Shown here: positions 51,954 to 64,000 of the stretch, in pieces
Layout: each line of letters starts with the position of its first letter
Numbering within the stretch: the first letter of the stretch is position 1
Source: Podarcis cretensis
Lineage: Eukaryota
Length of the DNA stretch: 64,000 bases
Reading direction: 5' to 3'
Assembly: GCA_951804945.1 (NCBI GenBank)
Contig: OX638149.1
Span: forward strand, 33,046,001-33,110,000
Notes under the pieces: model-generated
What the model was told of the DNA's origin: nothing
Databases searched by the model: none
What the model saw: the letters and a program-made list of their open reading frames with translations, nothing else
Position numbers and translations under genes: made by a program

Positions 51954-52869
51954 TTCTCTTTATTTACAGTTCCTGTGGTTACATATGCAAGTAGGGTCCT
52001 ATTATGTTTTTCAGTAGTGTGAATTAACCCCTCTTGTGCTGTGTTTAATCAGTATTAGCTATATAGAATTATATATGTATATTCTACTTCTTGATCAAAG
52101 AACGTAGTCGGGTATTGGTTTAGAAGCTGAAAGTGGCAACGTTTAGGGCTTTCACGGTTAATGGACTTGTCTACAAAAAAAAAAAAAAAGCAAAACTCAG
52201 ATGTGGCTGAAGGTTGTCTGAGGTTGCCGGCTAACTTTCTTTTTGTACTGAGTAACTCTGCAACTTCACTGATTTTACTATTGTCGGAGTTTTTGTGCTC
52301 AGGAGCCAAAAATCTTTTTACTATCCATAGCCCAGTGGTTTTGAATGCAGTCATTGTCATGTAAACTAGTAGCATGCTACTTAAAGCTTTTTTTTTTTTT
52401 AAAGAGAGAAAAATCAGGACTATCCAATTCCATTTACTGTAAACCTTTGCTTTGATTTCATGTACAATATCTGGAGCATGAAATATTGCCACTCTGCAAT
52501 CTCCTCCTTAAATATGAAGCAGTTGTCTCTTGCGCAGTATAGCTTCTTCAGATGCTTACCTGACTCTGAAAGCTATCAATCGTAGTTTCATTGTAAATTA
52601 ATTGTAGCTTCTTTTTCTTGTGGTCTGTCAGCTTCTCCGTACAAGTTAGCGTTGGGCCCAGATTTAAAAAGAAACGTCAAGTCTCTACACTCCGATGGGG
52701 TAAAACCATAATGATTTAAAGATATAAATTTAAGTCTACTTTGCTTGCAAACAAACATTAGTCGTGAAATCCCTAGCAACTAAGTCACTGGATTTTCTCT
52801 GTCAGCGCCTGTGTCAGCTGCCAAAGAATAGATTTAAAACGAAGAAGTGCCCACATGCTGGCAGGGGCA

Positions 52870-53037
52870 NNNNNNNNNNNNNNNNNNNNNNNNNNNNNNN
52901 NNNNNNNNNNNNNNNNNNNNNNNNNNNNNNNNNNNNNNNNNNNNNNNNNNNNNNNNNNNNNNNNNNNNNNNNNNNNNNNNNNNNNNNNNNNNNNNNNNNN
53001 NNNNNNNNNNNNNNNNNNNNNNNNNNNNNNNNNNNNN
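52870..53037. other. Assembly gap (168 N)
   Basis: Run of N in the FBXO33 3' UTR. Confidence 1.
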
Positions 53038-53137
53038 TACAAACCTTGTTCTATCACAGGTATGAGCTGCTATGATGCATGAAGAACATTCCATGAAGTA
53101 TGTTTTAAAATCTTGTTATATCTGAGAGGCTTTAAAA

Positions 53138-53509
53138 NNNNNNNNNNNNNNNNNNNNNNNNNNNNNNNNNNNNNNNNNNNNNNNNNNNNNNNNNNNNNNN
53201 NNNNNNNNNNNNNNNNNNNNNNNNNNNNNNNNNNNNNNNNNNNNNNNNNNNNNNNNNNNNNNNNNNNNNNNNNNNNNNNNNNNNNNNNNNNNNNNNNNNN
53301 NNNNNNNNNNNNNNNNNNNNNNNNNNNNNNNNNNNNNNNNNNNNNNNNNNNNNNNNNNNNNNNNNNNNNNNNNNNNNNNNNNNNNNNNNNNNNNNNNNNN
53401 NNNNNNNNNNNNNNNNNNNNNNNNNNNNNNNNNNNNNNNNNNNNNNNNNNNNNNNNNNNNNNNNNNNNNNNNNNNNNNNNNNNNNNNNNNNNNNNNNNNN
53501 NNNNNNNNN
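53138..53509. other. Assembly gap (372 N)
   Basis: Run of N in the FBXO33 3' UTR. Confidence 1.
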
Positions 53510-53670
53510 GGCACAGTGTGTGTGAATGCCAGATGTGGTGAGATTTTATCTTATAAATGTGATCAGACTAAAGTAACTCCTGACAGAAATTGTAAGGAAA
53601 CCAGCTGAGTGTTTGACTTGATGACTGATGTTGTATGGTTTATGTTAAATGTATATTCTTTTAATCAATG

Positions 53671-53676
53671 AATAAA
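53671..53676 (+). terminator. FBXO33 polyadenylation signal
   Basis: AATAAA followed closely by ATTAAA, with upstream TGTA elements, ~1.7 kb after the stop. Confidence 0.65.
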
Positions 53677-55574
53677 GCATTAAAATTGATCATGGAAAAA
53701 TATTTTATTATATCAGCATGGTAGTTTTAGCACTGAACAAATCACACTTTTCGTTGAAAACTATCTTGCTTGTTTCCACTGTTTAAATCCAGAAAGCCTT
53801 GAGTTCTGAAGTAAGTCAGACATTTATTTGGCTAATGCTTTATGAACAATTTTTTTTAGGAAACCAAGCTAAGTAGAAGACCAGACCAGCTATCATAATT
53901 TGATATTGTTTGCTTAAACTGGCAGAATAAATCTTTAAAAGTGTAGAATATGGAAAGCCCAAATCCCTCCCGTAGCAAATGCTTATATCAAAATTGAATG
54001 TGTTCTAAAACAGCAACAACTGTGTAGTACTTATATCCATGTCCCACTATTAAATAGACTGTGAACACTTACCATGCCTTTGGCTTTACATGTTATCTAT
54101 TTATTCTTATTGCTGTACTTTCTGGGTGACTATACGGTAGATGGACAAACAGCAGCTTGTTCTGTGTGATAAAATTACATTTCCCCCCTTGTAATTTGTT
54201 ACTAGTTCCTTCATGTTATACAGTTCAACACAACACACACACAGGGGTGGCTAATGTGGTACCTTCCCATAACAACTGCCATCAACCCTGAACATGGGGC
54301 AGGCATCCTGGGTGGGACTGATGGGAGCTGTAGTTCAATAACTGATGAGCCACAGGTTTGCAACCCCTGCACCTAGGATACAATCCAGCAAAAGCTAAGT
54401 GTTTGTACATACCCTTGATATCGGTACAAGAGTCAACCACACACTTAACTGCTCTTGTAAGATCAATTTAACTAAGGGGCTAACAGAGAGTTACAAGCAA
54501 ACACATGGATCTGAGACCTGGATCCTGTCTTTGAACTCCGCAGAAGGAAAACCTACTTGGAGAGTGACTAGGAATGGGCAATCAGCCACTTCCAGCTGCT
54601 GCTGCGCACTAAAATTCCCCTGCCTTCCAAAGCAGCTTTTCTTTGCTTTGTGACCTCAGCTATGCATGTGTAATGCTAACCCTTCAAAATGTTTGACTTG
54701 TGGGCCACATGGCATAGGTAGATCATGATGTTACAAGTAAATTAGCACTTGCCTGTATTGGCAACTGGCAGAACCAGCTTCCCTTGAAGTTTTTCATTCT
54801 TAATGGTTAATGAATGGTCCCTAAGCCTACGTAACTTGCAGAAAAGTATGGAAATGCACAAGTTGAAAAAAAAGATGTTCTAATAGCCTGCTTTTGGTGC
54901 AACACAGGAAAAAACCCACTAAAGCTGTTAATAAGCTGTGGTGTCTGAGGTAGGTGCACTTGTAACACATGGATGAGGGGAGGGAAAGTCAAATTGTGAG
55001 ATCATATTGAATGCAAGGCACCTTGCAAGGAGTTGTATTCAATTAAATCCTACTTGAGTTCATTAAGTTAGTTAAGCATGTCCATTAACTTCAGTGGGAG
55101 TAGAACTAGTGTTGAGTACTATCCAATCTTTCAAATAGTGGACGAAAAACAGCAATTAAGACTTCAGCATACACCATCCTTTCAACAAAACACAATGTCT
55201 TCAGCGTCCATTTAAAAGCCAAGACAGACAGAGCCACTTGCACCTCATAATGAAGAGAACTCTAAAAGTGTGAAACGACCCAAAGGTTCCAGGATAGATT
55301 CAGTATTGAAATTGGTTAAAACAATTTATAATCGGAATAATAGGATGGATCATAACATACATATCTTTGGTGTCAAAAGACCAGCATACCCAGGTGCATC
55401 GTCAGCATATAGGAAATGAAGGTACTAAATGCACCTCTTTGGGGAGGGAATTCCAAAGGAAACAGGCTGCCACCTGCCAAAGAATGCTACCAGGAGGACT
55501 CCCTCATGCAAGAGGTCTGTAGGGCAGTCTTTCAGGTATTGGGGACCCAAATAGTTTAAGACTTTAAACACTAA

Positions 55575-55975
55575 TGATATTGGCATCCATCTGTCTCACA
55601 ACAATGAGTACAGTTCCAAGGGGTGAAGGCAAACCGCAGCATTAGCAGCACTGAAGTGACCTTCCTAGGGCGCAAGCCTGGGCAGTGCGTATGAAGTTCC
55701 TGGGCTATCCAAGCGACAAGACCCTCCCTTTGGCTTTGCTGATGTGGTCCAAAAAACCAGAAATAGGTTTGGCCCTAACGTGGCTGCACAAGTTGATGGA
55801 AGGAGGCATACAAGACGCCATCCAACCATCTGGATTTGTGTAGGGTTTACTCCTTAGCCTTTTCTTCACCCAAAGATGCCACACAAGGCAGCAGAAGTTT
55901 AGGGTCGGTGTTTTCTCCATGGGTTTACCCTCGCAGGTCGATGAGCCCTATCTGCCCCTCACTTCCCTCTACACT
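55575..55975 (-). mobile_element. Probable RTE-clade LINE-derived repeat fragment
   Basis: Resembles a recurrent lacertid repeat (GATATTGGCATCCATCTGTCTC...GGATTTGTGTAGGGTTTACTCCTTAGCC) recognised from memory; family and strand uncertain. Confidence 0.4.
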
Positions 55976-56341
55976 AATGTGGGCACCTTGAATTGGGCCT
56001 AGAAGCTAGCAACCAGGGCAGCTTTTTTAGAACATAGCCTCACGTTGCTATAATCTGAGCTGGAAGAGACCAGAAGCTGGAGTAGTGGCCAAGTAATCTC
56101 TGTCAAAGGGTCTTAACTGGCAAACCAGCTGAAGCTGGAAAAAGGCACTCCTCCTAACCACCAAAGCCATCTGAGTCTTCAGTGACAGTGCTGGATCCAG
56201 GAGCACTGCCACCCCTGCTCAAAGGACAGACCTGTTTTTCCCAGGTGAGTGCAACCCCATCTATAACAGGCCACCTCCCTACCTAATACCTATGAATTCA
56301 GATCAATAGAAGTGGCTATGTAGGAGGTGTAACTTCTAAAG

Positions 56342-56477
56342 CAGGGTCTCCCAAACTTTGGTCTCCAGCTGTTTTTGGACTACAACTCCCATCATCCCTA
56401 GCTAGCAGGACTAGTAATCCGGGATGATGGGAACTCTAGTCCAAAAACAGCTGGAGGCCCAAGTTTGGGAAACCCTG
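56342..56477. mobile_element. Palindromic hAT-type (MER5/Charlie-like) MITE
   Basis: Starts CAGGGTCTCCCAAACTT and ends AAGTTTGGGAAACCCTG; nearly fully self-complementary; 8-bp TSD-like TTCTAAAG / TTCTAAAC. Decayed relatives at ~27148-27286 and ~54242-54369. Confidence 0.8.
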
Positions 56478-56890
56478 TTCTAAACCCATGTGCTCTACCC
56501 TTAGAAAACAAAAAAGCAGACATACTTGTTTCATTGAAGAGTCAAAATACCAACAATTATTAAATCCATTTAATTTTTTCCACATTGCCTTTTGTTACAA
56601 GTATTCTCTTCACATGCAATTATTTTCTATGAGACCAAAACAACGGGAGAGTTCTTACATGGTACAAATTTTTACATCTCCTAGATATGCAAATTAAAAA
56701 TAATTTAGTTACTGCTGTACAATGAAAATCCATTTATTCACAGTTAGACCATTATTTACAGGGCACTCTCCTGAGAATTATCCTATTAAGCTTCAATTTG
56801 AGCAATAATACAGTCAGTTAAGTAACAATAGCTACTTAACAGCAAATTACTGAGTTGAGAGGAAAAGGATAGAGCTAGTTCAAAATAGAG

Positions 56891-59800
56891 TCAAGTTTCT
56901 TGTTGTGATTCTTGAGGAGTTGCAGAAGATGCAGTTGACGGATGTGTTAACTCAGCAGGCGTTTCATTTCTGCTCTCAGGTGGCAGTGGTGGAAAAAACC
57001 CAGCCCTTGGAGGCGGGTATTGAGAATAAGGCCTCACAGGAAATGGACCTCTCACTGTTCAAAGAGAATGATCAAAGCCCATTTGGGTTAGTATTCAGAA
57101 TGGAGCTACTTTCTTACAGATTTGACACTGAATACTCACAAACACACACACATTAAAATCAACGCTAGCTGTAACTCATACGCAAGAATAAAGGAAGACA
57201 TTAGAAAGCTTCTCAACAATACAAGTTCATGATGCCTATAAACATGGAAGATGTTTGCCTCCCATGGTGAAGGCAAATGTTAATAGTTAATACTTCAATA
57301 ATGCCCATTGAGGTATCCAGGAGCCTCCATGTGCAAGTGGGACAGAAATTTTCCTTGTACAACAGGATTTTCCTCACCTCTGCAGGCCCCACATGTGCCC
57401 AACACTTGCTTTGGAGCATTGAGGGAACTCAGGGAAGGGAGCTGCAGGAGGAGAAATAGAGGGGGAAGTCCTGTTGTGTAAGGGAAATGCTGCTCATGTG
57501 ATGTGGGGTTCAACGACTAACTATCTGTTGCCATGGCCAACTTCATAAGGGAAGCTATGGCATCTAGACTGCCTAACTCACGGGCCCCTTTGCTGTGGAA
57601 GATTCTGCTAGCACTGGTCTCTTCATCTGACAAGAGAAGTAGAGTAGCACTTGGAGCAGAGAATTTCCAAACTTATTTATTCTACAAAATGTATATCCTG
57701 CCCTTCTAAACACATCCGCATCATTCAGAGTGGTTTACAATTAACCGGGAATGAAAACCGGCTCGGATGCTAGGAGCATTCTAAAATAAAAGTCTACCTT
57801 ATAGAAATAATTTGTCCAGCAGCAACCGTATAATAAAACTGGTTGTTGTTTCACCGCAATGTTTTAATCAATCATCACAAAGCAGTTAGAGGGCCCAAAC
57901 GGGCCTCACCAGGTAGGGTATTTTAAAACCTGGGTGCAGCCGCTGAGAAAGGCTTGTTAGGTTTTCTAACAATAGCTTACGAGGTAAAGTTTAATCATAT
58001 CTTCCACTGAAAGTAGTTATTAATTCCCTTAACGCAGCTTTGAACTTGGGAAAATGTCCTTTAAAAGTTATTGAGCACCACCAGCAAGTTAGCAAGACCC
58101 GTTCAGGCATTCACTTCCAACATAAAGAAGAGCTTCCCGGACCTGACGCCTTCCAGGTATTTAGAGAGGACCAGAGTTGCACATGCTAGCCTCTTCTCCC
58201 ACTACTAGCTGCAGAACTTTACACACTGAGTGGGAAGGTCTGGAGGGGGAATCTTTATGTACCCAGCTGATTGCAGGAGATTCCCGTCCACATGGAGGAG
58301 TCTATGTGAAGAGTCCTACTTCCTACCTTCCCACTCCATGAAGCTGATGGGAACAGAGACACTGGGAGCAGGTTTGCTCTCTCGACTAACTTAAGCCCAT
58401 TAATTTCAGTGGAACTTGGGTGCAATTCACTTTGTCCTGGGTTGTGCCTCAAGTTATTGCGGTTTCCAAACGTTTCTCCATGAAATGCATTTCATTATTT
58501 ATTTTAGGGGGGAAATAATGTAAGAGCAGCAAGAACATACTTGGCAGAAGAGGACGTGGCAAACCAGCAAAATCCCTTGGGAAATATTCTCGAGGTCCAT
58601 ATCCGCTAGGAGGCACTGGTGGAAAGGGAGGGCCTCTTCTCATGAAAGGCCCCCTTGGGTCCATTGGCATTAGAGGAGCTCGCAGTAAGGGCAGTGGTGG
58701 CGGCACAATTCCAGGCCCAAAGCCTCCATTGTCAGGTGCATGAGACTGATCCGAGGCATTGAGCGTATTCTGTGAGGAAAGGGAAGTGGGCAAGTAAAGA
58801 TTTAGAAAGAAGCTCGTGCCACTTTTTCAAGCCACAGAGAAACTTGTCAAAGCACGTAAGCTTGAAAAGAAGCTATGATTTACAAGCTACAAAGAAGGCA
58901 GATCAAAGCAGAAGCCCAATCCAAATCAGGAATGTGGGCCAACAGGACAAGGATGGAGCCAAACTCAAAGGCTACAAGTAGGAAATTCATTAAAGCAAGA
59001 CACAACATCACCCCTGCGCTGAAAAGCTAGTCCATTTCCAACTACCTTTCTTTTTGGTCCTTTCATCTTTCTTGCTCTTGCAGGTTGTAAATAAATTAAG
59101 TTGTGAAACTATTATTTTAGCTAACATGTCTTCAGTAATTGAAAATGCCCACAAGGTAATAAATAATGCTGCAGCAAAATACATACTGTGTAAAATCAAT
59201 TTAAAGAACTGTCAAATTCAGCAGAAACTTGACAAACCTTTTTCGCACCTGTCAGAGCTGCCCGAGGTCCCAGCTCACAAAGGACCAATGCCAGTTCTTG
59301 TTATATACAAAAGTCTTTATTTAAGTTCAGTTTCGATTTCAAAGCCGCGGCGCGCAGCTCTACGTCTTAAACTCTAGACCGCTGAAGCTCCGTCTGAATC
59401 TCCTCCCCCCAGACACCAGTTTAAAACTCTAGCCTTGCTCCACCTCTTCCTTTGCTCTTTCCTCCTCTGGGTCCGCCTGTCCACTGGGGTCTTGCCCTTT
59501 CTAGACTCTTCTGACGCTGAGTCCCCTGAGTCTTCCCCCTGCCTCCGGCGGGCTTTAGGACCTGGTTCCCAATCCGGGCTTCCTGCTGTCCCGCGCGCCT
59601 GTACATTTGAACTTGGCACGCGCGCCCAGCCGGCAACCTTCCTCCTGACCGTTACACTGCTCCTGTCACTGCTTCCCCCTTCGGGGGGGCTAGTTGGATC
59701 TGACTTCCCCTCCGTTCCCTCACTCTGCGATGGAGGCGTGGTCAGCCCTGACTCATCTTCTCTCCCTACTGGAGGAGACGCTGGCCCTGATGCATGGGAC

Positions 59801-62800
59801 TCTTCCCCCCCGCTACGCTCTGGTGGGGAAACTGGTCCTGATTTCCAGCTGCTGCTTTGGGAGTCCCCGCTGGCCCCTTGCTTCTGGTGCGTCCCCCCTG
59901 TGACCCCCCTTGCCCTGGCCATCGGCGCCCCCTTCTGGGAATCTCCTGAATCGCTGGAGAAGCTCATGGAATCTCTCGGGCCACTGTCATACTCCCCTAC
60001 GCTGCCCTCAGATTCTTCCCCTTCGCTCTCCGTTTCCTCTCTCCCCTGTGTCTCTGCTCCTGAGCCCCTGACAGCACCAAATGGGATTCAGTAAGAAATT
60101 GATCTTCTCAGTCTTTTGTCTGTTACTTACACTGTCATTGGGATGATCTCTTATTCCATTCCCACTTAAGTCTGTTCCTGAGTTATTCTCAGATGTTTGT
60201 CCATCTGGAAGTGGGGGGAAAATACCCAACAAGTACTTTAGCATTAAGTAGTCCCAAGACAGCTTTCCTCCAAAGAACAGATGGGCGTGGAAACGTATGT
60301 TTTTGCACATTTACTAAACAGAGGTGTTGACTGTATTGATACTTTTGTGCACTTCAAAAAACAAAACAAATAGTGCCATTCCCGCTCACAACCAGTTTGA
60401 ACTATTGTTGTTCCTACTGAAGTAAAATAAATGACAAGGCTGCTGTATAGATTTACTAGATGATCATTTCAGGGAAGAAAATTTATCTTTTTAAAACAAC
60501 CAGTGTGTAAACACCAAAGGCATTGTTTAAACGCTATGCTGGTTGTAGAGAACAAGGTCTGTTTCAAAGTCTAAATCAATGTTTTACTGATCTTGGGTCA
60601 AATGTCTTAGATGAAAGGCTTTTTGCTTTCAGCATGAATTCAGGTTATTCCTTCCCACAGATGCTGAATGGAGATAAAATAATGATGTGACTTATGGTAA
60701 GCAAAGCATAGCAGTCCAGTTAACATAGAGAAAGTGCAGAAGTTTCTTAAACTTTATTGCTGCCTTTTTTTTATCACAAACATGGTATTACAAACAGCAA
60801 AGAACATTAATTTCAAAATACCAAAGTCATTACTGGCATTCTTTGATACGCTACAAACAAGGGAAGAGAAAGTGCTCTGAGTGTTTGGATTTCAAGCTCT
60901 TTGGGCTTTAGTTCTGAGCAGAAAAGGATTATTTACTGCTGCAGCCAAATTTGGTAATGAACTCCTTTATTTGGGCACTAAAAGCAAGCAGTTCCTACCT
61001 GCTTTATCAAATGATGGCATGCTATAACTTCTTAGTTCTGCTGGTCCTGAAAGTCTTCCTGAGTTTGGATGGCTGGGATAAAATCTTTCTGGTCTTCGAG
61101 GAAGAGATTGCTCATTATACAGCTGACCTACCATTCAATAAAAAAGTGCAATTTATTCAGTAGATTTTATTAGAATTAATCAATGATGGCTTAGCAACAA
61201 CTTATATCTTATATTCCTTGTGTTATGGAATATACAAACTAAAGGACATGGGGTGATTGCTACCTAAACCTAGTAGCTGATGGAAATCTCACATCTATCC
61301 CATTTATCAAGGTCGATCAACTATGCAATATGGTCTTGGAATCTTTAAGCACTTATCGGACTCAAATATATCATACATATGCTACTATCCCTTAGGTACA
61401 CCATCAAACACTTGAACCTAAAAAGCCCTGGCAATGATCCCCCCAGAGGTCACAGCACAGTTCAAAACAAAAGGGAGCTCAGCAGTATTTCATTTTGTAA
61501 TTGCCATTAAAAAAGAAAATGTCCAAGAATGATGGGCTGTGTTTAGTTACCTGTGGGCGGGGGCATTATCCTGTGATCTCTATCCCATGGAGGTGACAAA
61601 GATCCAGTGTCAGAAGGTGGTCTGTGGGGATCAGATAACCTGTCAGAATGCAACTCTCCTCTTTCATTACTAACTTCATACATGCCAGCATTCCCCGGTC
61701 CTCTTGATCCTAATTGAACAAGTTACAATGGATTCAGTCACTTGAGACATCCGTCATTGCAGTTTTCACCGAGTACCAAACCACAAGATCCCAACACATT
61801 GAAAGGTGGTAGAATAACACACATGGCTCCCTTGGTGAATGTCAGTCTTGTGCAACTGTTCAGTCAGTCAAAAGTACAGTAAATACTAAGACAGCTGCTT
61901 TGAAAGAGGGTGGAAGGAACCCTGAAACAAAGTCTACATTATATTCTGATTCCTCTCACTGGGCAAAGGGAGGAAAAAGAACGTTAAAAGTCTTTTCATC
62001 AACCTCATCAGTGTTGGCAACATCTTGGCAGAGATTCCTCCTCCCTCAGAGCCCAATTCTGCTTCCCCTTCCCCAAGCAATTTGATCAAACCCATCAAAT
62101 GCAATATTCTCCCCTCCCTTAAATCTCTAATATTTAAAGTAAGAAGACAGCTGAAAAAGATTAGAGAATTTTTTCCCCATTTAGAAGAATAAATGAGAAA
62201 ACACGCTTTAAACCAGTAGGGCATTATTTTGAACTACTGTACATTAAAGCATTTTCATTTCTAATTATTCAAGCTGTTGAGAAGCTTTTAAGGTTTGACT
62301 CACTCTCTGGCTGATTTATGTTGGTCTATCACCTATTTTGTTATACTTGTACTGGCTCGGAATTTATCTGAGTATAGTTGCACTTTCAAGTCAGCAAATT
62401 GACATATTTCCTCCATCCTTTCCAACAAAAGCCAGAACAAAAAGAAACAGCTCCTGAGATTATTCACCACATGCTGCCAATACATATCAGTTAAAAACAA
62501 AACTCTTTTGTTTTTTTCTGTTGAGATCAACAGCCTAAAATACAAATAGACTCAAATATTCTTGCTACAATGATATAAAAGGCCTACTCTTTCAAACTCC
62601 CTTTCTTGAATCTGAAAGATGGCACTGGCTTCACTTTTAGTAGCTAGATGGATGAGCAGTGTTGGTTAAAAAAATTAAGAGTAAAGTAGGTTTTTTAAAA
62701 AAGCTTTTATTCTGTTTTTGTTTTGCGTTGGGCACCCATCTACTGTAATGAGATGCAGAAACTAGGGGAAATAGACCGTTCCACAAATGGATGGACAGCA

Positions 62801-63711
62801 CTAGTGGAAGCATAGATAGTTTCATGATATTCACAAAAAGCACTAGTAGGTGCTGTTAAGAATCCTTCCATGAGCAGAATACATCTTTCACATGTAAAAG
62901 AGCATTTTTAGATCCAACACACTGGTTTTTGGAACATAGAGTCATAATGGTACTGCATACTTCTGCTTCCTGACCGATATGCTAGAGTGCATTTATATGG
63001 ATAATTTAAGCTTACTCTTAACCGGGTTCTTTTTAGTATACTTTTACAGATAGATCCATTACCAAGAAAGGAGGGATAGACTAAGAGGAGAGAGAATCCA
63101 TGAAAGTTAAGTTTTCAAATTTAAGAATTGTACCTCTTCCTCCTCCACCACCTGGAAGCACAGGTGAAAATCTTAAGGGGCCCTCCAATAAGGTTGGAGG
63201 GGAAAGAAAAGCTCTTGTTTCAGATGAAGGTCTGCCCATTGGTGAGGGTCCATATGGGGAGTGCTCTGGAACAGTTAAAACAAAATACTAAAATTCACAG
63301 GTTAGAGTTAATGGGCTGACATATAGTTCATTTCTCACCTAGGTTTAAAACTAATTTGGGACCAAAGAAAAGTCAACCTCTTGACTTCATTATCAGTCAT
63401 GGAATTTTTTTTTAAAAAGTCATTTTAAATAATTTTCAAATGCTCTACAGATTGTTAATAGGAACAAAAATTACAATGGGAATCAAAATACTATATGCTG
63501 TTGCTGCTACAGGTCAATGAAATAAAAATGATCCCTGCATGAATAAAGACCAGCTATGCTTTTATACATAAATGGAGTCATGATCTCTTTACACTTCAAC
63601 AAGATGCACATTTTAAAAAGTACTGTACCTCTGCCAAATGCCCTAACTGGCATATCAAGAGCATAAGGATCCTTTTCCAAACGATCAAATTTAAATTCTG
63701 CTTCTGTTAAT
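56891..63711 (-). CDS. MIA2: MIA2 / cTAGE5 (TALI), last seven coding exons (C-terminal proline-rich domain); 5' part outside the window
   Basis: Exons (minus): 63711-63629, 63265-63134, 61709-61551, 61127-60999, 60204-60131, 58769-58541, 57054-56891 (TGA). Peptides [72 protein letters not shown] and the terminal QQET match the cTAGE5/MIA2 C-terminus; convergent with FBXO33, as in human. Confidence 0.95.
59250..60073 (-). mobile_element. Solo LTR (824 bp) of an LTR retroelement, probably Ty3/Gypsy, with 5-bp TSD
   Basis: Termini TGTCAG...CTGACA; GCACC direct repeat at 59245-59249 and 60074-60078; minus-strand TATA-like TTTTAAA at ~59420-59426 and AATAAA at 59321-59316; GC/CpG-rich against an AT-rich intron. 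Confidence 0.92.
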
Positions 63712-63879
63712 CTAAAGGAAAGAAGAACATGTTAATAAACTAACTTCTTCCCTATTTTTTTCTAGAACTCAACTTTTCAACTGGTAAAAAAAGGTAAAAA
63801 CCAGTTAATGAAATAGATTACAGGCATTAATTGTTAAATCAGAAAGTTAAATCTGGAGTTTTGGAGTACATTGTCAGTA

Positions 63880-64000
63880 CAGTCATACCTCGGTTTACAG
63901 GCGCTTCAGGTTGCACGTTTGCGGGTTGCGCACCAAACCGAACCTGGAAGTACCGGAACGGGTTACTTCTGGGTTGCAGCACTCGCGCATAAGCGTCAAA
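63880..64000. mobile_element. Left end of a Tigger/mariner-type MITE, truncated by the window edge
   Basis: TA followed by CAGTCATACCTCGGTTTAC, similar to the TIR at 18371. Confidence 0.6.

Noticed and set aside
52764-53541. ORFs containing long X runs
   Set aside because: Artefacts of assembly gaps.
57745-58155. Mildly CpG-enriched segment in the last MIA2 intron resembling a retroelement 5' UTR
   Set aside because: No termini, TSD or coding motif could be defined with confidence.

Overview
This is vertebrate genomic DNA, almost certainly from a squamate. Sauria/Squam1 and Squam3 SINEs point to a lacertid lizard (inference). Five spliced genes could be rebuilt by hand with GT-AG boundaries and consistent phases. 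COQ6 (-) has exons 1-11 here, and its last exon lies left of the window. FAM161B (+, 9 exons) is head-to-head with COQ6 across a 275-bp CpG promoter. ZNF410 (-) has 10 coding exons, FBXO33 (+) has 4 exons, and the last 7 exons of MIA2/cTAGE5 (-) close the window. Introns carry SINEs, L1/L2/CR1/RTE fragments, mariner- and hAT-type MITEs and microsatellites, and there are two N gaps in the FBXO33 3' UTR. The most striking unexplained element is an 824-bp solo LTR (59250-60073, TG...CA, perfect 5-bp TSD GCACC) inside a MIA2 intron. About 85% of it is one open frame encoding an acidic, SPP-repeat peptide that ends in a Rev/Rex-like arginine-rich motif. It lies in sense orientation with its own AATAAA, upstream of the MIA2 proline-rich exons. 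Other points are spliced uORFs ahead of a weak-Kozak ZNF410 start, an apparent frameshifted ZNF410 C-terminus, an RFX X-box cluster at the COQ6/FAM161B promoter, a 98-nt near-perfect intronic hairpin, and a ZNF410-FBXO33 adjacency not found in human. Comparisons to human proteins and repeat families are from memory, not from database searches.
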